A stretch of DNA of 35,204 nt from Candidatus Woesearchaeota archaeon (GTDB lineage: Archaea; Nanobdellota; Nanobdellia; Woesearchaeales; WJKL01), in the NCBI GenBank assembly GCA_014729145.1, contig WJKL01000031.1:1-35204 (forward strand), read 5' to 3'. The translations under genes and the position numbers were made by a program. Below are positions 26,474 through 35,204 of this stretch, piece by piece. Within the stretch, counting starts at the first letter, position 1. Every line of letters begins with the position of its first letter. The notes under the pieces were generated by a model. That model was not told the origin of the DNA. It was given only the letters and a program-made list of their open reading frames with translations, and did not search any database.

Positions 26474-26705
26474 AGAATATAGAACAAAACTAACTTTACT
26501 TTTATTTAAATCCAAAACTGAACTTAATGATAAAAATGATAATTTAATGTTCTATATTCTTTTAAATAATTATTAAAGGTATTTGTGGCCCGCAAAATAT
26601 CTCCCAAGCTCATTGCTTGGCTTAGCCGTAAGCTCCATTGAGTAACTCTCATACGGGCCTTAATATGTTTTTTTGAGCTTAGATAAGCTAAAAGTAACAT
26701 ATTAA
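26474..26705 (-). ncRNA. candidate structured RNA / 5' leader of dnaG
   Basis: Multi-branch GC-rich element at 26588-26659 flanked by long AT-rich hairpins; TTTATAAA box at 26729-26736. Confidence 0.5.
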
Positions 26706-26756
26706 TATAATAAGTATAGTGAAGGATATTTATAAAGATTTGCTTTTTTTATTTTG

Positions 26757-26960
26757 AAAAGAAGAACCCTAGCAAAGCAGAAAAAGCCTTGCCAGGGAAA
26801 GGGGGTTTTATCCGAATTGCTTCGAATAGTATTTTAAACCCCTCAAATGCCTTAAAAAGACATTTAAGGGGAAAAGAGGTGTTTAGATAAATATTAAAGG
26901 TTTATTTGGACTTCAATATTGTAAATAAGGGATTTAGAATCAACCCCTTATTTGTTACTA
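26757..26960 (-). ncRNA. candidate ~200-nt multi-hairpin ncRNA
   Basis: Four to five consecutive hairpins, own TATA box near 26978-26985, U-rich 3' end, no ORF. Confidence 0.45.
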
Positions 26961-27074
26961 TTAAGTAGGAATAGGTTATATATAAATGTTTCTATTTTAA
27001 ACCACTTGTAAGTAGTCATTTCTGCTATAAACTAAGGGAGAAGCTTTAAATAGGGATGGTTTTTAATCTATATC

Positions 27075-27638
27075 ATGAACCCCCCAGAAGAGTACCGTTA
27101 TGAACTTAAGATACCAAAAGAAAGAATAGCAGTTCTTATTGGTGTGAAAGGAAAAGTAAAGAAAGATATAGAAAAAGAAACAAATACAAACATTGATGTT
27201 GATTCTAAAGAGGGCGATGTCTTTATTTCAGGAAAAGACGCTCTTAGTTTATTTAAAGCAAGAGAGATTGTAAAGGCAATCGGAAGAGGGTTTAATCCTG
27301 ATATTGCCCTGTTTTTATTGAAACCAGACTATTGCTTTGAGATAATCGATATAGAAGATTATGTTAACGGCAAAAACCATCTTAAAAGAGTTAAAGGAAG
27401 GGTGATAGGAACAAAGGGAAAAGCAAGAAAGACTGTTGAAACTTTAACTGACTGCAATATTTCAGTATATGGAAGGACAATATCAATCATAGGAGATGTA
27501 GAAAATGTACAAAGGGCAAGAAAAGCAATCCAAAGGCTTCTTCAGGGATCAAAGCATGGAAATATTTATAAATGGTTAGAAAAAAGAAAGAAAGAAAGAG
27601 TTGAAGAAGAATTAACAGGAGGAATCAACAGTGGCTAA
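27075..27638 (+). CDS. KH-domain pre-rRNA processing protein Dim2/Pno1
   Basis: [20 protein letters not shown] and [10 protein letters not shown] motifs. Confidence 0.93.
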   Translation: MNPPEEYRYELKIPKERIAVLIGVKGKVKKDIEKETNTNIDVDSKEGDVFISGKDALSLFKAREIVKAIGRGFNPDIALFLLKPDYCFEIIDIEDYVNGKNHLKRVKGRVIGTKGKARKTVETLTDCNISVYGRTISIIGDVENVQRARKAIQRLLQGSKHGNIYKWLEKRKKERVEEELTGGINSG

Positions 27639-29427
27639 AAAGAAAGGAAAAAAGAGGCAGACAAAAAAATCTACAAATTCTAATAAAAAAAGGCCAATAG
27701 CTCACGAACTAGCAAAAAAACAGAGAGAGATATCTGTAGCTGAATTTTTTGAGAAGAATAGACATCTATTGGGATTTGACAATCCAAAGAAAGCTTTATT
27801 GACTACAGTCAAGGAGGCTGTTGACAATGCTTTGGATGCCTGTGAAGAAGCAAAGATACTTCCTGAGATAAATCTTCAGATAGTGGATTTGTCTTCAAAG
27901 CCAGAAGTTAAAAAAGAAGTGGAAGAGGGGCAGACAGTCCTGGTCACAGAAGAAACTGAAAAACCTGAAGATATAAAGCCTAAATATGAAGATAGATATC
28001 GTGTAATAATAGAAGACAATGGTCCGGGAATCGTCAAAAAACAGATCCCCAATATTTTTGCAAAATTATTATACGGAAGCAAGTTCCATACATTAAAGCA
28101 GAACAGAGGGCAGCAGGGAATAGGAATATCAGCTGCAGCACTGTACGGACAGTTAACAACTGGAAAGCCTGTCAGGATCACTTCAAAGATATCTCCAAAA
28201 TCTCCTGCACATTATTATGAACTCAAGATAGACACCCAAAAGAACAAGCCAGAGATTATCAAGGAAAAGAAAGTAGAATGGAATAAAGAGCACGGAACAA
28301 AGATAGAGATAGATTTGGAAGGAAAATACCAGTCAGGGGGAAAAAGTGTTGACAGGTATCTTAAGCAGACAGCAATCGCGAACCCTCATGTAACAATAAT
28401 ATATGCGAGTCCTCAGGCAAAGCAGATGGTATTTCCAAGTGCAGTTAAAGAGCTTCCTGAAGAATCAAAAGAGATAAAACCCCATCCTCTTGGTGTTGAG
28501 CTTGGAAGAATGATAAAGATGCTTAATATCACAAAAGCAAGGACAGTTGCAAGTTTTCTTCATTCTGATTTTTCAAGAGTCGGAAGCGGCACAGCGAAAA
28601 AGATATGTGAGAATGCTTCTGTGCCTCCTAAGACAAAACCCAAGAAAGCAACAAGGGAGATGGCAGAGAGAATAGTTCATGGAATAAAAAAGACACGGAT
28701 CATGAACCCTCCAACAAACTGCATCTCTCCAATAGGGGCTGAGGCACTAGAGAAAGGTCTTAAAAAAGAGATCAAGGCTGAATTTTATGCTGCAGTTACA
28801 CGATCTCCTGCTGTATACAGAGGAAATCCTTTTGTTATCGAAGCAGGGGTTGCTTATGGAGGAGAGCAGAACCCTGAAGGAAAATCCAAAGTTTTAAGAT
28901 TTGCCAACAGAGTGCCTTTGCTATACCAGCCGGGAGGCTGTGCAGTAACTCAATCTATCTCAGAGACAAACTGGAGAAGCTACGGCTTATCACAATCAAG
29001 AGGTTCTTTGCCGCAGGGGCCATGTACAATAGTAGTACATATCGCATCTGTTTGGGTTCCTTTTACTTCTGAATCAAAAGAGGCGATTGCTCATTATCCT
29101 GAGATCGTAAAAGAGATCAAACTTGCTGTGCAGGAATGCGGAAGGAAACTTTCAAGTTATGTAAGAAAGAAAAAAAAGATTGTTGCTGAAAAAAAGAAAA
29201 GGGATTATATTGAAACTTATATTCCTCATATAGGGGATGCTTTAAAAGAGCTGCTTAGCCTTAAGGTTAAAGACAAAAAAAAGGTTGAAAAGCTTTTAAA
29301 GAAAATATTAGAGAAAAAAAGAGGGAAATTAAAGAATATTAAAGTCCATAAGGCAGATTTTGATGAAAATCTAGCCTTGGAAGGAGACAAGAAAAATGCC
29401 AGGAAAAAAGAAAAGAAAGAAGAGTGA
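27631..29427 (+). CDS. top6B: DNA topoisomerase VI subunit B (GTG start)
   Basis: [43 protein letters not shown] and VPFTSESKE motifs. Confidence 0.98.
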   Translation: MAKKKGKKRQTKKSTNSNKKRPIAHELAKKQREISVAEFFEKNRHLLGFDNPKKALLTTVKEAVDNALDACEEAKILPEINLQIVDLSSKPEVKKEVEEGQTVLVTEETEKPEDIKPKYEDRYRVIIEDNGPGIVKKQIPNIFAKLLYGSKFHTLKQNRGQQGIGISAAALYGQLTTGKPVRITSKISPKSPAHYYELKIDTQKNKPEIIKEKKVEWNKEHGTKIEIDLEGKYQSGGKSVDRYLKQTAIANPHVTIIYASPQAKQMVFPSAVKELPEESKEIKPHPLGVELGRMIKMLNITKARTVASFLHSDFSRVGSGTAKKICENASVPPKTKPKKATREMAERIVHGIKKTRIMNPPTNCISPIGAEALEKGLKKEIKAEFYAAVTRSPAVYRGNPFVIEAGVAYGGEQNPEGKSKVLRFANRVPLLYQPGGCAVTQSISETNWRSYGLSQSRGSLPQGPCTIVVHIASVWVPFTSESKEAIAHYPEIVKEIKLAVQECGRKLSSYVRKKKKIVAEKKKRDYIETYIPHIGDALKELLSLKVKDKKKVEKLLKKILEKKRGKLKNIKVHKADFDENLALEGDKKNARKKEKKEE

Positions 29428-30502
29428 TGTATCTTCTGAGATAAAGAAAGTTGCAAAAGGAGTTTACAGTAAGATCCTTAAAAAGAAACAGCCAGAGCTG
29501 GAATCGCCTTTAAGAAGCTTAAGCAATGTTGAATACAATTCAGACGACGGATATTTTGAGCTGTCAGGAAAGACAAAAAAGAGAACACTAACTGCAGCAA
29601 GCGCAAAGACATTTGCCCAGATACTGAGGATGATGTCTTTGAGCAAGAACTTGATTGAAAAGGATGACATAGCATCAAAAAGAGAGGCTTATTATATATC
29701 TAAAAACTGGGATGAAGCAAGATTCAAGGAACAGCCTGAATCAGACTCAGCAATGGATGATATCGAAGCGATGATGATGGTTAACAGAGAGCAGCTGGGA
29801 TTTATTCCAGAAGAAAAAGGGGGAGAGGTTGCAGGAAAATTAAAGGTAATTGATAAAGATCCTGATACAGGAAAACAACTTAAGATTGACTGCACTAAAT
29901 TTGGAAGTGGAGCTTATTCAATTCCTATATCTGTTGAGCATCTTAAATTCGAAACAAAGGCAAAGTTTGTTCTGGCAATCGAAACAGCAGGTATGTTCCA
30001 AAGGCTTGTAAAGCACAAGTACTGGAAGAAGGCAAATTGTATCTTGGTCTCGATGGGAGGGGTTCCTACAAGGGCATGCAGAAGATTTATCAGGAAGCTA
30101 AGTGAAGACAAAAAGATCCCTGTTTATGTGTTTACAGACGGAGATCCTTATGGGTATGGAAGCATCTACAGGACATTGAAAGTTGGCTCAGGGAATGCTG
30201 CACATATAAATGAATTTTTCTGTGTTCCTAATGCACATTTTATAGGAATAACACCGCAGGATATAGAAGAATACAAGCTTCCGACACACCCTTTGAAAGA
30301 TGTTGATATCAAGAAGATAAAAGATTTGTTAAAGAATGATCCTTTTATCCAGCATCATGCAAAATGGAAAAAAGCACTGAAGAAATTAAAAGCAATGAAA
30401 GTAAGGGCAGAACAGCAGGCTCTTGCAAAGCACGGATTGAATTTTGTAATATCTGATTATCTACCGAAAAAAATAAAAAATAGAAAGACTTGGTTACCTT
30501 AG
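29396..30502 (+). CDS. top6A: DNA topoisomerase VI subunit A
   Basis: KREAYY (catalytic Tyr), [16 protein letters not shown] and AEQQAL motifs. Confidence 0.98.
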   Translation: MPGKKKRKKSDVSSEIKKVAKGVYSKILKKKQPELESPLRSLSNVEYNSDDGYFELSGKTKKRTLTAASAKTFAQILRMMSLSKNLIEKDDIASKREAYYISKNWDEARFKEQPESDSAMDDIEAMMMVNREQLGFIPEEKGGEVAGKLKVIDKDPDTGKQLKIDCTKFGSGAYSIPISVEHLKFETKAKFVLAIETAGMFQRLVKHKYWKKANCILVSMGGVPTRACRRFIRKLSEDKKIPVYVFTDGDPYGYGSIYRTLKVGSGNAAHINEFFCVPNAHFIGITPQDIEEYKLPTHPLKDVDIKKIKDLLKNDPFIQHHAKWKKALKKLKAMKVRAEQQALAKHGLNFVISDYLPKKIKNRKTWLP

Positions 30503-30572
30503 AAAGTTTTTGAAACTATTTGAAAAGTTTGTTTTCAAAAGTTTTTTATACTAATTTTAAGTTCTTTAGTAT

Positions 30573-31031
30573 ATGGGGGAATTATCTGATTACGATATAA
30601 AGAAAGTAATCTTATTTATAGGAATTTTTTTAGTGATTATCATTTCTGTACTGATTTATCCTATTGAAGTGCATCCAATTGAGTTTCCTGCCAAAGTTTA
30701 TGTATCTGACAAGCCAAATTTTATAGATATAAAGAATGAGGGAGAGAGAGATGCGCTTGACTTTGGAGGGGTATCTCCAGGATATAAGATAGAGAAGTTC
30801 ATCAATCTTGACATTGGAAGCGAGAGTCCCCCCGCAAAAGTAAGCTTTAAGGTAGAAGGAAATATAGAACAGTTTATCGAGATACCTTCAGGATCTTTTG
30901 TGATAACAGAGCCAGTGAATGTAAGTGTGTATGCAAACATTCCAAAGAGAACAAAACCAGGATATTACAGCGGAAAGGTAACTGTAAAATATAGTCTTAG
31001 CTTGTGGAGAAAATTTCTTAATCTTTTTTAG
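30573..31031 (+). CDS. membrane-anchored Ig-like hypothetical protein
   Basis: N-terminal TM helix, LDFGGV.PG and PGYYSGKVTV beta-sandwich pattern. Confidence 0.7.
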   Translation: MGELSDYDIKKVILFIGIFLVIIISVLIYPIEVHPIEFPAKVYVSDKPNFIDIKNEGERDALDFGGVSPGYKIEKFINLDIGSESPPAKVSFKVEGNIEQFIEIPSGSFVITEPVNVSVYANIPKRTKPGYYSGKVTVKYSLSLWRKFLNLF

Positions 31032-32094
31032 ATCTTCTGATAATCAATATCACTGATAATATTAAACTGATCATTGCTGAGATTATGTAAATCGGAAGTT
31101 TATTTATAAAGATAAGATTAGAATATATTTTTTCATCTTCTGCATCTATGATTGTGAGTTTTACTTTTTCAGAATTATTTATCTCTATCTTTTGATTTTC
31201 TTTTGGGAAAAGGATGATTTCAATATTTTCATTTTCTTCGGATTTTAATGAGAAGAATGACTTGTAGTAATCAACTGTCAAGGTATTGTAGCTGATCTTA
31301 TTGTCAAGGTCTATTATCTCTGTGGAGAGCTTTTTATCTTTGATCGTGTTTTTTATGTCAAGGTCATTTTTAAGATATGTTGTGTTGAACTCAATTATGG
31401 ACTGCGACAAGATATCATTCTTCTTGTCATAGATAAAAAATGGAATTATGTATCTGTCTTCTTTTATATTTGGGATAAATATCTGGAAATTTAATTTTGT
31501 CTCCTGTTCTGGATCAAGGCTTTCTATGAATTGAGTTCCTGTATGTCGATGAGTTGAGAATATGTAGATGTTTTCTAATTTGTTATCTAGATTATTTTTG
31601 ATATCAAACTGGATGTTGTTAAGCTGCCCTATCTCGAGACTATTCTTTGAAGACAAAGAAATCTTTTTTGTTGACTGCGATTCTTTGTTTCTGTAGATTA
31701 TGCCAAATTCATATTCTTCAGATGTTATGTTTTGCTTTAAATCAGTGGAGATTATATTAAACTTAAGTTTGCTGCTTTGTTTAAGATGGTTAGTTGGGAT
31801 AGCTATACTTTTGGTTATTGTTTCTAAAGGGGATATCATACCAATAGAGGACATATGCTCTTTGTTTCCAATTTCTGACTGGATGTATGAATATACTTTT
31901 TGATTTCCCTTATTTTCAAGGTTTACTGAGATTATTATGGGTTCATTCTGGACTGCTTCTTTATTCAACAGATGTGCTGAACTTTCTATCAATACCTCTT
32001 TTGGAACATTTGCTTTGACATTAATAGACCAAGCGCAACATAATGTTGATGCAAGGATTATTGATAAAATTAAAAGAATAATCTTGATTTTCAT
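31018..32094 (-). CDS. secreted, C-terminally anchored Ig-like (CARDB-like) protein
   Basis: Signal peptide MKIKIILL..., two ISVNLENKG / FDIKNN...SLDPEQE Ig-like modules, C-terminal TM helix plus RRSKKD. Confidence 0.7.
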   Translation of the reverse strand: MKIKIILLILSIILASTLCCAWSINVKANVPKEVLIESSAHLLNKEAVQNEPIIISVNLENKGNQKVYSYIQSEIGNKEHMSSIGMISPLETITKSIAIPTNHLKQSSKLKFNIISTDLKQNITSEEYEFGIIYRNKESQSTKKISLSSKNSLEIGQLNNIQFDIKNNLDNKLENIYIFSTHRHTGTQFIESLDPEQETKLNFQIFIPNIKEDRYIIPFFIYDKKNDILSQSIIEFNTTYLKNDLDIKNTIKDKKLSTEIIDLDNKISYNTLTVDYYKSFFSLKSEENENIEIILFPKENQKIEINNSEKVKLTIIDAEDEKIYSNLIFINKLPIYIISAMISLILSVILIIRRSKKD

Positions 32095-32302
32095 ACAATA
32101 TTCTAGCTTTTTAATCATTTAATTATTTTACTAATTTGCACTGTAGGGAATCCTATGTGTGCGAATTCTTTATATGAGTAGAATACCATAATAGGATTCC
32201 AGTATACAAAATAGTAACATTTATATATTAGTATATCCATAGTCATTGTATATCAATATTATCCAAAAAAAGATAATATTATTATCTAAAAAGAGGTGCT
32301 AC

Positions 32303-32782
32303 ATGAATAAAAAAATAGCAATGTTGATTGCAGTATTTGTAGTGGGAATTCTTCCTTTAGTTTTAGCCGATACAAGCGACCACGCATATACAGCTTCAGT
32401 AGGGACTGCTTCTAATATCATAATAACTGAGTTAGATACATCATTCAGTAACTGTGCTGTGGCTTCAAGCTGTGATCAAATAACAGACTCTTTAAATATC
32501 CAGAATACTGGAAACACTGCACCATCAACAGGAATAAGTGCTGCATTTACATCAGATGTTGGCGGAGTTTATGGACTTGTTGATGCGACAAACGTGATTC
32601 CTGGAACAAACTTTCAGATTAACAGCGTTGCTTTGACCGCAAACACTTCAACTACAGAAGTTGTTGCTGTTGGAAGTTTAGGAGCAGGAGCTGATTTAAA
32701 TGTTTCAGCCGATCTAAGTATTCCTGGAGGACAAGCGTCTGGAAGTTATAATGGGACAGTTCAGTTAAGCTGGACAGCATAA
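32303..32782 (+). CDS. small secreted Ser/Thr/Ala/Gly-rich beta protein (fimbrial-subunit/WxL-like)
   Basis: GAGGTG SD, signal peptide, Cys pair, C-terminal GSYNGTVQLSWTA strand. Confidence 0.75.
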   Translation: MNKKIAMLIAVFVVGILPLVLADTSDHAYTASVGTASNIIITELDTSFSNCAVASSCDQITDSLNIQNTGNTAPSTGISAAFTSDVGGVYGLVDATNVIPGTNFQINSVALTANTSTTEVVAVGSLGAGADLNVSADLSIPGGQASGSYNGTVQLSWTA

Positions 32783-32854
32783 AATTTTTTTTCTTTTGTT
32801 TACTTTTTTTAATTATACATAAATTTAAAAGGAAGTAGTGTTATTTTATCTGAT

Positions 32855-33979
32855 ATGGAAGGGATAAAATATCTTTCAATCCTGATATTAGCAATCTTGA
32901 TGTCTAGTTCTAGCTATGCACTAACTATGGAGCGTGCTGATTTTGGATATGCAAAACCAGGAGATAAGATTGTAAAAAATATACTTGTTGGGGCAGATAT
33001 AAGGGACAACACATACCTTATGGATGTTGAAGGAGATATTGCAGATTGGGTATCTGTGAGTCCAAAAGAAATATTTGTTGAAGCATATCATTCTGGAACT
33101 ATAACCCTTGTATTAGATGTTCCTTTAGATGTTGAAGGGGGCAGATATAATGGTTTGATAGTGGCTTCTGGATTGAAGTCAATAAGTTCTGGAGAGGGAG
33201 ATGCTGGAACAGGTTATCTTTTGCAGATAAAGTCTCTTGCAAAAGTTTATGTTACTCAGAATGAATCCCATCTTTCTATCCCTAAAGAAAAGATAGAAGC
33301 ATTGTCTATTCTTGAGCTTGATGCTGACCCTCTTGAAGCTGAAAAAGGAGAAGAAGTTAGGATAGATGTAAGAGTTATCAACAGCGGAACAGAAGATACA
33401 AGCGGTTCCGTCTTTATCGATGTCGAAAAGGAAGGAGAAGCTGTAGAGACATTGAGCACAGATCTTGCAAGATTGGGTGTTGCAGAGGAGAAGACAGTAA
33501 GTTTTTATCTGGATACATCTGATATAGGTGATGGATATTTTGAGATATATGCATCTGCTAAAGTTACAGGAAGCGGAGATGCTCCTAAAAGATACGGACC
33601 TGTTGATTTATTTGTTTCAGGAAAAGAATATCTTTCTGGATATAATATTGGACTTATATCGCTGATACTTCTGCTTATATTGATACTTATACTGTTATAT
33701 ATTAAGAGAGAAACTATCAAAGGATATGTGAAAAGAAAGAAAAATTATGATGTCAAGGCAGAGATAGAAAGGCTGACTGAACAGGAAAAGAGATTAAGGA
33801 AAGCAATAGCTGAGATAACAAAGAAAGTTGGGACAGGAGATGAACTTTTAGATTATATCAAAAATAATCTTAAGAAAGGGCACAGCACCGACGCTATTGA
33901 AGAAAAACTTATTAAGCATGGCGTTTCTAAAAATAAGATAAATCAAGCATTTAAGCGAATTCTGGATGATTTAAAGTAA
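32855..33979 (+). CDS. surface protein: signal peptide, two Ig-like domains (second CARDB-like), TM helix, cytoplasmic tail
   Basis: GRYNGLI, VRVINSG, hydrophobic TM helix, coiled coil and YIKNNLKKGHS...HGVSKNKINQAF tail. Confidence 0.75.
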   Translation: MEGIKYLSILILAILMSSSSYALTMERADFGYAKPGDKIVKNILVGADIRDNTYLMDVEGDIADWVSVSPKEIFVEAYHSGTITLVLDVPLDVEGGRYNGLIVASGLKSISSGEGDAGTGYLLQIKSLAKVYVTQNESHLSIPKEKIEALSILELDADPLEAEKGEEVRIDVRVINSGTEDTSGSVFIDVEKEGEAVETLSTDLARLGVAEEKTVSFYLDTSDIGDGYFEIYASAKVTGSGDAPKRYGPVDLFVSGKEYLSGYNIGLISLILLLILILILLYIKRETIKGYVKRKKNYDVKAEIERLTEQEKRLRKAIAEITKKVGTGDELLDYIKNNLKKGHSTDAIEEKLIKHGVSKNKINQAFKRILDDLK

Positions 33980-33995
33980 GATTTATATATAATTA

Positions 33996-34075
33996 ACTTA
34001 CATATATAGATATATATCTGTATTTTTAGGTTTTTTTCTTAAAAAAGACTTACATATACAGAAAACTTACATACA
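33996..34075 (+). repeat. three direct repeats ACTTACATA(T/C)A, putative operator
   Basis: Copies at 33996-34006, 34048-34058 and 34065-34075, upstream of an HTH gene. Confidence 0.7.
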
Positions 34076-34091
34076 TATAGAGAAATAGTTA

Positions 34092-34604
34092 ATGAGTAGA
34101 GTGAAAAAGAGGAAAAATAAAGAGAAAATAAGCTCTTTTCCTAGTTCTCAAGATATTGATATTGATAAATTAAAGTCTTTGTATTACAAACTTAAAGATT
34201 ATATAGAGACTATTGAGAAAAATTCTGGAGAGATTCCTGTGTCTATATTTAACAATAAATTAAGCTCTCTTGAGTCGATATCAAAGTATGCTGTTGAAAA
34301 TATGCAGTTGAGTTATGCTGAGATTAGCAAAATAATGAACAGAAGTGAGAAGACAATCTGGCAGGCTTATAAGAATGCTGTTGAGAAATATCCTTCAAGA
34401 TTTAAGGTTTTGAAATTTGCTGTGACTATTCCTTTATCTAAATTTTCTGATAGAAAATTAAGTGTATTAGAACATATTGTTGAATGGCTCAGAGAAAATT
34501 ATGATTTGAAATTTAGTGAAATTGCTAAGATGATTGCAAGAGATCCAAGAACAGTCTGGACAATTTATTCAAGAGTTAAAAAGAAGCATGAAACAAACAA
34601 ATAA
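34092..34604 (+). CDS. tandem helix-turn-helix (sigma70 region-4-like) DNA-binding protein
   Basis: Two internal repeats: LSSLESI...LSYAEISKIMNRSEKTIW and LSVLEHI...LKFSEIAKMIARDPRTVW. Confidence 0.8.
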   Translation: MSRVKKRKNKEKISSFPSSQDIDIDKLKSLYYKLKDYIETIEKNSGEIPVSIFNNKLSSLESISKYAVENMQLSYAEISKIMNRSEKTIWQAYKNAVEKYPSRFKVLKFAVTIPLSKFSDRKLSVLEHIVEWLRENYDLKFSEIAKMIARDPRTVWTIYSRVKKKHETNK

Positions 34605-35204
34605 CTGGACATTGAAGCTGTTTGCGTTGATTTTAATAGCTATGCTTAGCCTGAGCTTTGTTTCAGTATTAGCTGACGGAGAAACTGAAGCTGACAGTGG
34701 AAGCAGCGGCTCTGAAGAAATTTCAGAAAGCAGTGATTCTGGAGAAGAACAAAGTTCTGAAAGTTCAAGCGAGAGTTCAGGAGATGCTGATAGCCCAGAT
34801 AGTGGAAGTGATAAAGTAGAGATTGATTCTGACAGCGACAGCTCTGAAGAAATTATTGAAGAAGTTCCAGAAGAGAATGAAGAAGAAGCAATAGAATATG
34901 AATCCACAGATGATACTGCGGAAGACACTGCAGAAGAAACTACTGAAGAAGATTATGGTGCGGATGTTGGAGAAGAGACTGAAGTTGAAGAATTAGATGA
35001 TGGATCTGATGAAGATGTAATCAATGAGACAAATGTTGAGGAGTCAAGTGTAGCAAATGAATCTACCGAATCATCAGATAATGAGACTGCTGATTATGAT
35101 GCTGAGGTTAAGAATGGAACTGATGTTGAAGAAGTAGAAGAAGATTATGATGCAGATGTAAGTGAAGATACTGAAATAGAGGAGACTGAAGAAGATTATG
35201 ATGC
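34588..35204 (+). CDS. secreted highly acidic surface protein, 3'-truncated (missed by ORF track)
   Basis: ATG 34588 overlaps the HTH gene. Signal peptide MKQTNNWTLKLFALILIAMLSLSFVSVLA, then an Asp/Glu/Ser-rich frame open to the window end. Confidence 0.85.
   Translation, partial: MKQTNNWTLKLFALILIAMLSLSFVSVLADGETEADSGSSGSEEISESSDSGEEQSSESSSESSGDADSPDSGSDKVEIDSDSDSSEEIIEEVPEENEEEAIEYESTDDTAEDTAEETTEEDYGADVGEETEVEELDDGSDEDVINETNVEESSVANESTESSDNETADYDAEVKNGTDVEEVEEDYDADVSEDTEIEETEEDYD

Noticed and set aside
26370..27074. Replication origin or known riboswitch (e.g. fluoride) in the long spacer
   Set aside because: No repeated ORB-like boxes or adjacent orc1/cdc6, and the AATGGAG segment lacks the pairing of the fluoride motif.
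33996..34075. CRISPR array
   Set aside because: Repeats are only 11 nt with irregular spacing and there are no cas genes; no CRISPR array was seen anywhere in the window.

Overview
AT-rich archaeal genomic segment, most consistent with a DPANN (Woesearchaeota-like) organism; this is inferred from gene content and protein style, not from a search. It carries housekeeping genes: the 3' part of gyrA, Sec61beta, NAC, minD, the rps13-rps4-rps11-rpoD-tRNA-Leu-rpl18e-rpl13-rps9-rpoN operon, a bacterial-type leuS, trpS, dnaG, Dim2/Pno1 and top6B/top6A. It also has four RNA genes (an expanded RNase P RNA, SRP RNA, a two-intron tRNA-His and a one-intron tRNA-Leu) and a surface-protein cluster at the right end. 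The main discovery is a minus-strand operon at 14906-17770. There, three short ORFs missed by the ORF track (Leu-rich, Ile/Leu/Val-rich and Ile-rich) each precede a gene through a hairpin that can mask its Shine-Dalgarno (SD) site. The second and third short ORFs abut or overlap the stop codon of the previous gene, and the last gene is a Leptospira-type citramalate synthase. This looks like a serial, three-stage branched-chain amino acid (BCAA) translational attenuation cascade in an archaeon. Other candidates are two structured non-coding RNAs upstream of dnaG and a 14-nt antisense copy of SRP helix 8 just downstream of the SRP RNA gene.
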